Under the pieces are notes generated by a model that had not been told where the DNA came from, ran no database searches, and saw only the letters and a list, made by a program, of their open reading frames with translations. Both the position numbers and the translations under genes were made by a program. Below are positions 1-13,709 of a stretch of 64,000 bases of DNA, piece after piece (position 1 is the first letter of the stretch; each line of letters opens with the position of its first letter). Source of the DNA: Amoebidium appalachense (taxonomy: Eukaryota; Protista; Ichthyosporea); NCBI GenBank assembly GCA_963693365.1, contig CAVNZM010000006.1:8931355-8995354 (forward strand), in the 5' to 3' direction.

Positions 1-58
<58 letters not shown>

Positions 59-480
59 CCCGCACGCGCGTGTAGGTTTTTTTTTTTTTTTTTTTTCTTG
101 GGCGGGTGGGGCGGGGGGGGGGGGGGGGGGGGGGGGACGGGGAAAGAGAGGGGGCGGGGGGGGGGATAACTTTAGTCCACCAACTGCCACTTCATATATA
201 TACTATTCAGTACCAAGCAAATAATGTGCACAAGGAACACCCCCCCCCCCTCCCCCCCCCCCCCCCCCCCCCCCTCGTCCCCCCCTCCCCCTGCTCGCCA
301 CCAAAAAAAGAGTATCACCAGAGGAACAAAAAAACACCAAACGGTAAAGCGCACAAAAAACGGGCAACACGGACGCATGGGTCGGGACTGTGCACCTACA
401 CCGTCCCATCTCATGCACACAGCACCATTCATCCACCAATACATCCATTCATGCACACAGTACATGCATGCAAACAGTAC

Positions 481-1031
481 CTTGACTCCAGGTATTTGTC
501 AACCAGTCAATCTTGTCCGTCTCCGGGTCATAGCCGGCCTTTTCTGCATGTGTCAGCACAAGACGTGCAATCTCTCCGGGTGTATTGCATTGTTTTAAGT
601 CTTCCTGTCGGGTAAAGGACATAGAGGTGAGTGATGATACAAAGTAAAGAGGCCACGGAAAGAGTCTGAGAACAGGACACGACCAAACACGAGAAGGGGG
701 AGAAAGAAGCAAGCAAAGCAAACAAAACTGTGCCACCATTCGCAACCAAAACCTTTCCTTCACATTATTTTTCTCTCATCCTCCCAAACCCTGCCAACAC
801 GAAAAGAGAGAGTGACAGAGAGAGACAGAGATGGGCGGGAGAGGGAGAGAGAGAGAGGGGGGGGGGGGGGGGGGGGGGGGGGAAGGGAGGGAGGGGGGAG
901 GAAGCGAGGAAGGGAGGGAGCGAGGGAGAAACGGATGAAGGGAGGAAGGGAAGGACGGATGGAGAGAGAGAAAAAGACAGAGGGAGGGAGAGAGAAGAGG
1001 GGGACACTATCCCCCCCCGCCCCCCCTCCCT

Positions 1032-1076
<45 letters not shown>

Positions 1077-1170
1077 GGGGGGGGGAGAGAGAGAGAGAGA
1101 GATATATATATATAGAGATAGAGAGAGAGAGGAGAGAGAGAGAGACAGAGAGAGAGAGAGAGACAGTGAG

Positions 1171-1211
<41 letters not shown>

Positions 1212-1316
1212 GGGGGAGAGAGAGAGAGAGAGAGAGCGATGTGTGTGTGTGTGTGTGCGTGTACGCGCGCGAGTGTTTGCGTGTCTGCCTGCAGGCGTAT
1301 GTGGTGCATGAGAGGT

Positions 1317-1347
<31 letters not shown>

Positions 1348-1503
1348 CTACCCTACCATTGTACGTACCAAACACCAATTCTCCCTCAGAAAACCACCAC
1401 ATTCTAGATCTACACAGTCATTACAACAGCACCACACACCGAAACAAGCATGCAAGAACAACAAACTGCACAAGCAAACATCACAGCTGGGAACACCCCA
1501 AAA

Positions 1504-1535
<32 letters not shown>

Positions 1536-1617
1536 GGGGGGGGAGAAGGGTGGAGAGGGGAGATGGAGAGGGATAGGGGGGGAGGGGAGGACGGGAGGGA
1601 GAGAGGGGAGGTTGGTG

Positions 1618-1670
<53 letters not shown>

Positions 1671-2061
1671 AAACCTCGAATGTTTCCAGGTCCTCTTTGT
1701 CCTTTGGAAATGCACTCCTAAAGAACTCGACTGCAGCCAGCCTGGCGATGTTTTTGATGTTGGTTGGGTTGGATGATGCCTTCCGCTTGCCCGATGGCCG
1801 ATACTCGCTGCGGAAGATCCACTCCATCTCGGCCTCCAGTCTTCTTTTCAACACACACTCTCTTTTGCCGTTTTCCGGCAGCTGGCCAAGTAACTCTTCT
1901 GCCTGATCACGTGCGTTACAGTGCCGCCACATGGGTGGGTCGTCGGTTTGGTGGTTGGCTGAGGACGGTCGACTTTCGGCAATAAACAGGCCGCTGTCGC
2001 AAGCAAGACGATAATACTGCCGCCCGTGGCGATCCTGACCGAGCTTCTGTCTTTTTTCTGT

Positions 2062-2118
<57 letters not shown>

Positions 2119-2292
2119 ATGTGTGTGTGCGCGCGTGTGCGTGCATGTGTGTGTGTGCATGTGTGCATGTGCGTGTGTGTGTGCGTGCGGGCATGTGTGT
2201 GTGTGTGTGTGTGTGTACATGTGTGTGTGTGCGCGTGTGCGTGCATGTGTGTGTGTGTGCATGTGTGCATGTGCGTGTGTGTGTGCGTGCGG

Positions 2293-2358
<66 letters not shown>

Positions 2359-4174
2359 GGGGCAAGGAAAATGTGAGGTACGGAGACTGGTAGGGATAAG
2401 GCTTAGGATGGGAATGGGTGGGTTGGTGGGTGGGTTTTGTGAGAGGCAAGCAATACCAAGTATTCGGTGTGTTCTCTACAGGTGCCATGGGAGGGTATGG
2501 ATGGGATTTTGTATGTAAATCCGGTTAAGTATGCATCTCTTTAGCGTTTATGTGACACTAGAAGTGAAACGTGAATACTGCAACAGCTAGTCCAATAGGG
2601 TGGATTATTCTCCCTATCATTTCTTCTTTTTTAGCAGGTTTTATTTGTTTATTTATTTATTATTTATTTATTATTATTATTATTATTTTTATTATTATTT
2701 TTTTGGGGGGGGGGGGGGGGGGGGGGGGGGGGTTGGGTGGTAATTAGTATCACCATCATAACAATCATCCTTGTTTTGTGCTTACATATACTACGTGGCA
2801 GGTTTCCAACCAATAGGCCAGGGGTAAATTGATCCCTGGTGCCACAGCCTGACCCAACCAGGCCTATGTGCTGCCGCGCAAGGTATGACCTATACAGCTA
2901 CAGGACCCCCCCCCCCCCCCCCCCCCCCCCCCAATATATATATAACAAACCAGATACACAGGAAGAAAACATAATCAGAGAACACAATGAGGGCACTAAT
3001 GGGGAGTCGGTAAATAGCCAACATGTATGTGCCTCATCTGCATATGTATCTGCATGCGTGTAGATCCCATTAGTGTAGAGCCGACACCGACGCAAGGAGC
3101 AGTAAGCAAATTGGGGGGAAAGGTCGAGTGTAGGACACGGTCGAAAAAGCGGGGGATTGCACACATACAGCAGCATGTGGCCTCCTCTGTACGGCATATT
3201 CCCTTGCTATTTCGACCAGAGCCTTGTGGTGTGCTGCTGCTGCCTTCTTGAGCTCTCTGGTCTCCTCTGTTTGTTTCCCCGCCCACCGCTTCTTGATGGC
3301 GGCACACTTGGCTCGGTAGGTGGCTGTGGCCTGGGCCTCCTCCTCTCTCTGTTGCTTATTGAGCTCTTGTACCTGTGTGAAAAAGTAAAAGACAGTGCAG
3401 GTTAGTACATATGAAACATGGAGAGAAAATGTCCTGCAGATTGCACAGTTTCACCAAAAACACACAATCAGTACACGCAACACGTACACATCTCACATAG
3501 CATCAAAGCACACAGCCAAACCATACAACCATGTTCCTGCCTTTCTTATCTAGTGAAGGCCATGTGTTTATAAGAATAAAAAAATTGGAGCCACGGTGGT
3601 GCGTATCGATCATCCGACATCGTTGACTGATAAAAGGATGGCTCATATATTGCCAGCTGATGTCAACACAATAATTACTTTGGAACTTCGGAGCTGTAAT
3701 GTTTCCTAAACAGACACCAATTCTCCTTTTTAGCACCAGATGAAATACATTCTCATCAAGCAAATACAATTCGAGAGAGCTAATAACCCCTCAAGTCAAG
3801 CAACTTTAGGGGCACCCGCCACACATGGCACCCTTACAGTTGCATGCAAACATAATTACCTTTTCCGTAGCCTCTCTGATAGTGGTGACCACAGGCTCCA
3901 GCATCCACCTAGCGCGGTCACACAGCAGCCACTTAAGCACCTGCAGCTTGCCGTTGGCCGGAAGGTCAAACAGGTCCTGCTGTCCTAGTCCACATGCCTG
4001 GGTTGGGTGTGTGTGGGGCGGGCGGGGGGGGGGGGGGGGGGGGGGGGGGATAGATGGAAAAAGGGACGGAGGGAAGGGAGGGGGGGGAAGGGTAGGGAGG
4101 GGAACATCCGGTTGGGGGGTGGGGAGGGGGGGGGGGGTTTAAGAGACAGCAGGAAGGGTAAGGGGAGAGGGCGG

Positions 4175-4259
<85 letters not shown>

Positions 4260-5150
4260 GGGGGGGGGGGGGGGGGGGAGGGGAGGGAGGGAAGAGAGAG
4301 AAGGAAGGAGGGAGGGACAGGGACGGAGGGAGGGAGGGAGGGAGGGAGGGCAAAATGAATGGGAGGGTATTTTGTTAGTATGGAGGGGGAGAAACATCAC
4401 ACGTTCACTTGAACTCATGTGTGTGTATGTGATGTCTCTAGACGGAAGGGTGTGGAAGGGGGGGGGGGGGGGGGGAACGGGAGGGTGTGTGCGTGTGTGT
4501 GTGTGGGGGGGGGGGGGGGGGGGAGGGGGGGATTTGGCCCGATCAGCGCGTAGACACGTGTTAACATACATATCAGTGGTAGAGAGGGGTAAAGCAGGAA
4601 GGCGTATGTGAGCGCTAAGTTCTGATCGGTCATAGGTGGGGGTTGGTTGAGGGAAAAGGAGAGGAAGGAGGAGGAGGAGGAGGCTACTAAGGGCGGAGGG
4701 AAGGGGGGAAGGGGGGGGGGAGGGTCTGGAAACGAAAGGGCTACCCCCCCAGGTCCGAGCCCACCTCTTATGTTCTTTTTATTGAGCAGTATGGCTTCAA
4801 CGAGCCCCCCCCCCCCCCCCCCCCCCCCCTCCCCCCCCCCCTCTTCCCGGGGTAGGGACCACCACCATGGGACCACCAAAAACGAAACACAACTTACAGA
4901 GTACAAATGCCCACCGATTCCCCTCTTGCCCCAGGTCCACCATGCTCTTCCCAAGAATGGTGAACACTTTTAAGTTGTAGGGGAAGGGCGGCGGAAAGTT
5001 GCCCATTTCAGCCACAAATATGCTTCATCGATTCTTGGACACGGGAGAGGGGGGGGGGGGGTAAACGTACACCTCGCGTCCATGCAACAAAAAGGTGTGT
5101 GTGTGTGTTGGGGGTCCATGGAACAAAAAGGTGTGTGTGTGTGTGTTTTT

Positions 5151-5197
<47 letters not shown>

Positions 5198-6965
5198 AAG
5201 GCACATACTATGGGGTGGTCGGGGCCCAGCACGGCACTTGCATACTGCTGCAGCATGGCCGACAAAATGCCGGCAGTGCCCGGCTTGTGGCTCAGCAGAT
5301 GCTCGGCACCGGGGGGCACAGCACCCTTGCAGGCAAGCAGCTGTGTGCACACGTACAGGCGTCACTGTTAGTGGTTGCGGGTATGAGCCACGTGCATGTG
5401 TATGCAAAAAGAAAAATGATGTGATTGGGCTTGGTGCACATGCACGGGTGCACTCTTGTGTGCATGTGAGGGCAACGTGTTTCTCAAGTGTAAAGTGAGC
5501 ATCATAAGGGGCGAACGTATGATGGTCATGGTGGTGGCGGCGGTGGCGGGTGGGTGGGTAGGTGGGTAGGTGGGTGGATGGGTGGCTTGGGGGGAGAAGG
5601 GGGGGGGGGGGGTTGGGGGGGGGGGGGGTTTGAATGCGGAACACGGTACGCAGTACACATACACAATGAGAAGCATGGTGCAGGACACATGCAAAGACAA
5701 CATTCAAGTGTGCAACATCAGCAATGCACACAGTATGCGTCATAAGCAGAGCCCATCCTCAGGGAGGGCGGGGGGAGGGGGGAGGCTACCATGGAGAACA
5801 TTTGAATAACCAGGTCCTTGAGGGCCACCGTCTGGCCCATGTCCTCCTTGCCGTGCATCATGTTGCTGAGTTGCGCTGCACATGCAGGGTTAATAGAGGG
5901 CATAGACATAGCGCATACAGGGTTAATGGAGGGAATAGACATAGCGCATACAGGGTTAATAGAGGGCATAGACTTGCGCATACAGGGTTAATAGAGGGCA
6001 TAGACATAGCGCATACAGGGTTAATAGAGGGCATAGACATAGCGCATACAGGGTTAAAAGAGTACATAGACATAGCGCACACAGGGTTAGTAGATGGCAT
6101 AGACAAAGCGCATACAGGGTTAATAGAGGGCATAGACATAGCACATACAGGGTTAATAGATGGCATAGACACCGCACATACAGGGTTAATAGAAGGCATA
6201 GACACAGCACATACAGGGTTAATAGAGGGCATAGACATAGCGCATACAGGGTTAATAGATGGCATAGGCAAAGCGCATACAGGGTTAATAGATGGCATAG
6301 ACACTGCACATACAGGGTTAAAAGAGGGCATAGACACTGCACATACAGGGTTAATAGATGGCATAGACACTGGACACACACGATTAATTATTGCACAGGC
6401 ACTGCACATACAGGATGAATAGACTGCAGAGATACTGAACCCACAGGCACCTATAGATTACATATCCACTCTACACATGTGAATAGAATGCGGAAACAGT
6501 TCAAATGTAACCCAAAAAAAAAAAAAAAAAAAAAAAAAAAACAGGTGTGCATCAATTGCATAAACAGTGCACCCACACGTGCGAATAATCACCAAAAAAA
6601 AAACTACATCTACACGTGTGAACGAATGCCAGAACAAAATAGTTCCAATTGCATCATGCGTTGTGGACCTTGTAAGCACATACAACATTGTAAACCCATC
6701 CGATGTGTGTCCTATAGCTGTGTGATATGCACGTGCAGTGAGCACTGGGCATGAGACCTGCAGAGTAATAAACGCTGCCCATGTGCCGGCAAAAGGCTCC
6801 ATCTCTTTGTTATTCTTCAAATTCCACCTCACCACACCCTTCCACCCAGCCCTTTCATACTCCACGAAAACAACCTATTTACCCTCCCCCTTCGTTCCCC
6901 CCCCCCCCCTCCATTCCTCTTCCCCCCCCCCCCCCCCCTCTCTCTCCCCCCCCCCCCCCCCCCCC

Positions 6966-6996
<31 letters not shown>

Positions 6997-7174
6997 AAGC
7001 CTTTTTCTCACTGGCATCACGGTCAGCACTGGTATTGCGTAGCCTTTTCTTGGGGAGTCAAAAGTGTTTTCATGCTAACGTGATTGTTGTCATCATTTCA
7101 TTTCCTTTTTGTTTTTTCAGAGTGCGTGTGCGCGCTCGTGCATGTGTGTGGTGTGGGCAGCACCATGGCCGGTG

Positions 7175-7243
<69 letters not shown>

Positions 7244-7585
7244 CGGGAGACAGGGGGGGAAAGGGCGGCTGGGGGGGGGGAGGGGGGAGGGGGGATATAA
7301 TGACATACTCATTGATATTTTAGCGCAGGCACTCATGCTCAGGCGGTCCGCAAACAGGGCCAGCCACTCAAGCACCGACAGCATGTCGTCCACAATCAGG
7401 GCACCGTACTCTGCCCGTTGCAGCAGTTGCCCAATAGCTGGCAGTTTCTTGCCTCGGGCAGCAACAAGGTCGTCTTGCAGGTGCTCAAAGTCATGACTGT
7501 GTGTGTGTGTGTGTTTGCGGGAAGGGGGGGAGGGGGGGGGGGGGGGGGGGGGGGGAGTATCAGTAGAGGCTGGTAAACACTGCAC

Positions 7586-7616
<31 letters not shown>

Positions 7617-7630
7617 CTTTTTTTTTTTTT

Positions 7631-7661
<31 letters not shown>

Positions 7662-8259
7662 GGGGAGGGGGGAGGAGTGTGTTTGGGAGGAGGGACGGGG
7701 AAGGGAGGAGGAAGGGAGTAGAGAGGGTGATAGAAGCATGCCGGACCCCATGCTTCACCATGTCACTAGACTGCGCGACTCACTAGTGTGCATGCAGTGC
7801 TAGCCGCAACCAACTGGCTGTGGCCTCCTACCCACCTTGCATGGCAGCTGTGCTGATCATCTTCTGACTCCTCCACCAGTGCCCCATTGCCCCTCCTCTC
7901 CTGCTGGAAAAATACCCTGCATATTGGTAATTCATCTTGCAACAAAGCATGTAATTAATGCTGTGGCAAGGCCAGATTTCATTCGGACTCCAATAAGCTG
8001 GTAAGAAGTTTATCTCTCTGAAAGATCGACCAGTTTACTGCCCCCCCCCCCCCCCCCCCCCCTCTCTTATCTAAACAACATAACATAATTTCGAACCCCC
8101 CAAACAAAACAAACGAAATCGTGTGTGTATGTATGTATGTACATCTCTGTGTGTTAAGTGTCTTTGTGCGATTGTGTCAGCGTTCGTGTGTTTGTGTGCA
8201 TGTCAGAGCGTATGCATGTGTGTGCCTGTGGATCGTCATCGTGTGCTCTAATCTCCCTC

Positions 8260-8294
<35 letters not shown>

Positions 8295-9209
8295 CCCATC
8301 CAACCAACCCCCCCTCCCCCCTCACCCCCTTCTCTGTTATAAACAAGTGTGCATTTTTTGGGAGTGGCAGGGGCCCGGGGGAAGGGGGGGGGGGGGGGGG
8401 GGGTATGTAACTAACCGTACTGTCCTTGCCTGCTCGGCCTGCTTGTTCCCTCTGAATTCGGGGCCGTTTCGCTCCGTGTACCTTTTCTGGTTCCGCATTC
8501 TTCCTCTTTCTTGTTTTTCCTCCGTTCCCACTGGTTTCTTCTTCCCCGTCACCCGTTTCCAACCCCGCGTCTGAGTGTGCATACACATCTCCACTCTCTT
8601 CCGTCGGTTCACTAACATCCTGCCTATTTTCGTTTTCAGACTCCTCCCTGCACTTGTCTCTTCCGGAAAACTCGGGTTTTCCCCGTTTCCCCCCCTGTTT
8701 TCCACTCCTCCGAGACGAATGTGTGGGCTGCCACTCATCGTCACTGTCACCATCTCCCCCCTCCTCATCCAACGATCCAACGACTGGCCCTTTGCGGTTC
8801 GAGATATTTTCCTGTGTGACCGTGTCAGATATGTACTTGCTGTTCAGATATGAGTGGAAATGCGGAAGAATGATATTTTTGATGTATTCTTGTGAAAATA
8901 TGTAAGGTCCCGGAATGCCAGTTTTCTGCTTCAATGTGATTGGCTCGGACAGCTCATATTCGGGAATGATGACTCGGCGGGCAGAAACGGTCCATTTTCC
9001 TGCCACCTTTTTGGGCTCACTGGCTATGATGAAGTCGTACCTGGATGTGTGTGCGCAGATGTGTGTGAACGTGTGTGCAGACGTGTGTGCGTGTGTGTGT
9101 GCAGATGCGTGTAATGTGTGCTTAGGACGTGTGTGTGTGTGTGTGTGTATGAGGGTGAGTGAGTGAGTGAGTGAGCGAGTGAGTGTGTGCGTGCGTGCAT
9201 GCGCGCGCG

Positions 9210-9299
<90 letters not shown>

Positions 9300-9482
9300 C
9301 GCGCCCACGCACGCGTGCGCATGTGGCTTTGTGTGTGCCATAGTGTTTGTGTTTGTGTGGAATGCGCCAAGTGTGAGTGTGTCACACATGTGTGGCTTCA
9401 TGCCTCCTATATTAGTATCTTTGTAAGCGTGTAGATGCGTGTGGGATATGTATGGATCGAAGGTGGTGGTGGTGGTGGTGGT

Positions 9483-9519
<37 letters not shown>

Positions 9520-9569
9520 CGTGTGTGTGTGAGTGTGTGTCTGAGAGGAGGAGGGGGAAGGGGGTTGGT

Positions 9570-9600
<31 letters not shown>

Positions 9601-9917
9601 GGGGGAGGGGGGGGGGGGAGAGGAGGAGGAGGGATGTATTGAACTGTGAACAAAACATAGAAATGGTCTAAATTACATGCATTACGAAACAGATGCGAAA
9701 CTAAGGCGCAGGCAGACCACTCTCAAACAGAGTCCGGCATCAACAACGAGCACCCATACTCCCATCACAATATGGGGTATGTGGTGTGCAACCTTCACAT
9801 CTCTCGTTTGCGGTCCATAATTGGATCATTTGGCTCCATCGCATTAGGCGAGTCACCTTGTTTTGGCAAAGCAAGCAAGAAGAGTTTTTTTTTTTTTTTT
9901 TTTTTTTGTTTGGAGCA

Positions 9918-9954
<37 letters not shown>

Positions 9955-10646
9955 TTGCTGCAGGTACCCACCAGAAACCGAGTTCCCCGGGTGTGTTGAC
10001 ATTGTAGTTGGCCATAACCTGAAGGCATTCCGTTAGCTCATCATGTAGAAAAGTATAGAGTCATTATCTCTGCTGTAGATAACTTTAAATACCTCATATG
10101 GAACAGTAGCCATAAAGCGAATAGCCAAACAAATAAAAAGAAAAAAGCGCACACCAGATACCATTGACGCTGGCAAAAATAACACAAATTGGGACAAAAC
10201 GCGTTGTTGCAAAGCAAGGAATAATGGGTGGGCCAATCCACCAGGCACGGGCACCTACCACATCTCCTGTTTGCAAGTTTTCCATTTTGATCGTTTTTGT
10301 GCTTTGCTCCCGGGCGTAAGATGCAGAGATCCACGGTTTTTCTGAGAGGGAACATAAGGGGGTATTAGCCACGCAGTCTGATTGGATTGCAACAAAGCAT
10401 TGCCTGCACTCCCCCCACCCCTTCCCACCCACCCACCCCCCATTCCCACCCCCCTGCGCCGCCACCACCACACAGACACATGCACACATCCAAGTACACA
10501 TGCACACACACACAAGAGAAGAAAAAGTTATATCCAATGCTTCCTCGCCATCTCAACGGCAAGAGGAATAAGTGCAAAACGCATGAATACAAAGGATAAG
10601 CACCGCGAAAACATGGAGTGATTGAGTGTGCTGGGCTGGTCGGATC

Positions 10647-10682
<36 letters not shown>

Positions 10683-11221
10683 ACCGTTTTCCTTTTTCTT
10701 CTTTTTTTTGTTTTACGCGCGGGTAGGTAACGGATGGGGGGAGGGAGGGGGGGGAGGGGTGTTGTTGTAACAATGGCGTACTTCTTGAAGTGGTCGGTGG
10801 TAAAGCGAAATGATACTAAAAGTACATAAAGACAAGGGCTGAGACAGAGGGTATTTGGGTACGGGGGCCCACCACAGGCAACAAAAAAAGATGGCCCAAG
10901 GAAGTTCTTCTGTCTCTCTTTGGTTTGAGAAGGTGGAGTGGAGAGTTTTGAAAAGAAGACGGGCATGACAGCAGAGGAGCGAAACAAAGAGAAATGACAT
11001 ATCTCTAATATGTCTGTGTGTGTGGGTGTGCGTGTGCGAGCGTGCGACAGCGGGGAGGGAGGGCACGATCGTTTCCCCTGGATGTAGTCATACACTTGTT
11101 TATCACACAGGCCTGGACAAGGAGGGCACGGCAGTGGGAATCGGAAAAAGTTGTGAGTAAGTGGGTGAGTGGTAGGTGATTGAGAGTTAACTCTGAGTGA
11201 GTGAGTGATTTTGTGAGTGAT

Positions 11222-11277
<56 letters not shown>

Positions 11278-12477
11278 GGGACCCCGACCGGCCCGACGGG
11301 GTGGGGAGGGGGGGGGGGAGACCGCAGTGATGTAAAATGAAAGTTTCGGACCAATTTCTTCGGTATTACAGCGAGTAAAAGCTGCCATCATTTTTTTATT
11401 TTTTTTTAACAAGGCTTTGTCCACACCTACCCGCTGAACCGGGGTCATCTTGCAGGTACTCAATTTTCAGGTGTAGAGAGGGGTCACTCTTGACCTCCTT
11501 GATCTTGGCCTCAAACCAGGCACTGAAGTGGACATATGCAGTCACTAACAGCTCTTCCCTTCAAGGTACAGTACTAACATGGAAGTTGCCCATCGAACGT
11601 GTGTTTTTTGTTTCATGATGTTCGGACATGTATCATTCCTGTGCATCATCCCAACACAAGCCTTTATAGCTGTAGTACTATTTTCCCGCGACCATTCTAG
11701 TCCGCTCTCCTACTGTAGTGCACTGCCTCTTCCCCCCCCCCCCCCCCCTCCCCCCCCTCCTCCCCCCTCCCCCGCTCCCCCTGCTCTCCCTCCCTCCCTT
11801 CAAATAAGTAGCTATGGACCAACCTCCCACACCGCTTTAGTGTCACTTAACTTAGTGCAACAAAAACGAGAGCATTTAAACGGCAAAGCTCAGTTTATGC
11901 AACCAGTACTCATGGTAGTGATGATCAGTAGCCATGCTTGACAGAAAGTTCCACTAAATACCCGCTCCCTTTCGACTCCCTCCCTCCATCTGATCTCCCT
12001 CCCCCCCTCCCCCCCCCCCCCCCCCCCCCCCTCTCCCCATACTTCTCACACCCTTTCCCTCATTCCCTCCCTGCGTCTTTCAAAACCCTCAGCCACTTCA
12101 TGTGAAATACAAGCACCCATTCACCCAGCTTATCTTTGTGTCTTCATGCTACACCCGATTCCAATCACAAGGACGCAAACAGACACAAACACTGTGTCTT
12201 CATGCTACACCCGATTCCAATCACAAGGACGCAAACAGACACAAACACAGACACCAACAAGCAGTCTGGACGGCCCGTGCCGTAAGTTTGATTGTTATAG
12301 TTTTAACACACCTGTTCCCCTCTTCAATATCCGGGTCGCTTATTTCGACCGTGCGTCCGACCTTGGCACGGACCCACGGGGTCTCATACTTTGCTTGCTG
12401 TAGTGGCATTTTCAATGCTGTGGTGGCATTCTCAGTCCGTTGCAGGTTCACATCACAGGCCCTGCCAGACAGGACTC
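481..12477 (-). CDS. Multi-exon chromatin protein: UHRF1-like tandem Tudor domain + DDT + WHIM1 + WHIM2/3 (BAZ/ACF1-like ISWI partner); partial at both ends
   Basis: GT-AG exons (minus): 12312-12477, 11431-11522, 10259-10341, 9972-10018, 8416-9040, 7836-7903, 7309-7496, 5790-5875, 5209-5340, (unresolved exon(s) at ~4400-5000), 3860-3984, 3169-3372, 1675-2064, 481-604. Spliced peptide [26 protein letters not shown]...[30 protein letters not shown] resembles the UHRF1 [20 protein letters not shown] is DDT-like, [20 protein letters not shown] is WHIM1-like, and [12 protein letters not shown]...[21 protein letters not shown] is WHIM2/3-like. Start codon not found. Confidence 0.8.
5629..5767 (-). 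mobile_element. 5'-truncated copy (A) of the interspersed element ending GCATTCAAA(C)n
   Basis: The reverse complement aligns closely with the 3' half of the copy at 29832-30114 (ccctgaggatgggctctgcttatgacgcatactgtg...gtaccgtgttccgcattcaaa). It abuts a G-tract and lies in an intron. Confidence 0.85.
5880..6380. repeat. 33-bp minisatellite, about 15 copies (gcatacagggttaatagagggcatagacatagc)
   Basis: Directly visible tandem units. They give 11-aa periodic ORFs on both strands. The array is intronic and abuts the acceptor of the exon at 5790-5875. Confidence 0.95.
12137..12249. repeat. Tandem duplication of about 56 bp
   Basis: tgtgtcttcatgctacacccgattccaatcacaaggacgcaaacagacacaaacac occurs twice in tandem. 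Confidence 0.9.
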
Positions 12478-13709
12478 CTGATTACAGCACGCAGAGAGCA
12501 GGTCCGACTCCTGATATCGATGAGGCTCTTGAGTGAGCCCATTCCGATCTTATGCGTGGATAAACAGTGAGCGGAGTCACCGAGTCGGCACGGAGGGCAC
12601 GGGTGGCAACATGGCACAGCTAGTGGGTTCCAGCTCTCTCACCCCACATGAAAAGGCAATTCTCTCGCTCGGTCTCCTTTAACCCTAGGGTTACCGTAGA
12701 CTCGCTCAAAGTCTTCAACCTGTCCTCCTTCAAGCCACTTTGTTACTCCCTCATGAATGCACAATGACTTCCGGCGGCCCGTTATCCCCTGTCACCACGC
12801 ACGCACCTTCTCTAAGGACTTCTCTCCGGTGCAATCCCTTTGACCCCATCCTTCCCACCCCTCCCCCCCTCATCCCCCCCCCCCACCTCCCCTTGGCTGC
12901 TTCACGGCGTGCCCCCCCCCCCCCCCCCCTCCCCCCCCCCCCACCCCAAATTCCACGGTGCGTCGACTGTATTCGTGCTCAACAAGAAGAAAATCCCTCC
13001 TATATAGCTCTCAATTCCTGTCGTTGGCACAAACGTCCTGCAGGATGCAGTGCAGTGAAGCAACAGGCTCTGAGTCAGAATGTTTCGATTTTTCGTAACT
13101 TGATCGGGTAACGAAGAACTGAGCATAGGGCACAACAGCAGTAGTTTTGTTAGCGTACATGTAACATATACCTCGTGTGCAAGACTAACGTACACGGTGA
13201 AGCATGCTTAAGAGATGCAGATTGAGGGCTAATCCCCACATAAAGGCTAACGAAACCCATATATGAGGTAGTTTACAAGGTCATACCATTGGTCCCAAAA
13301 GTAAAATCAAAACTGCTCAACTATGCTCCCAAGACCAAGGTTTGTTGCTGCCCGGCCGGGGCGGGGACTTACATAGACGCATATCTGCCACAGGCAGGCA
13401 CGACTTACCTGCCGCCATGTATACATATTATGCTGTGCGATGCAAAGTTGTGTTCGATATATGGTCCACATAGATGTGTATATGGCAGCACCAGTCCCTC
13501 TATGCACAAAGGCAGTCCACAATCGGATAGCAAATTTCGGGAGTCCACAATATCGGCAACAATATAGTCATCACCGTGTCGCTATACAATAAGTGCTATG
13601 GCAATCGTATTATTTGTGACGTTGACCAGCAACGTTCCTCGTTACGTGCTATACAACCTCTTCATTCGTGCATTCCTGATCTAACAACCAAACCCTAAGC
13701 TAATACTAT

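Noticed and set aside
5724-6422. Repeat protein encoded by the 33-bp array
   Set aside because: It lies in an intron of a gene that splices in phase around it. The open frames follow from the unit length.
10760-11115. Extra exons of the Tudor-DDT gene
   Set aside because: The flanking exons join in phase and match UHRF1 spacing without them, and the donor sites are weak.
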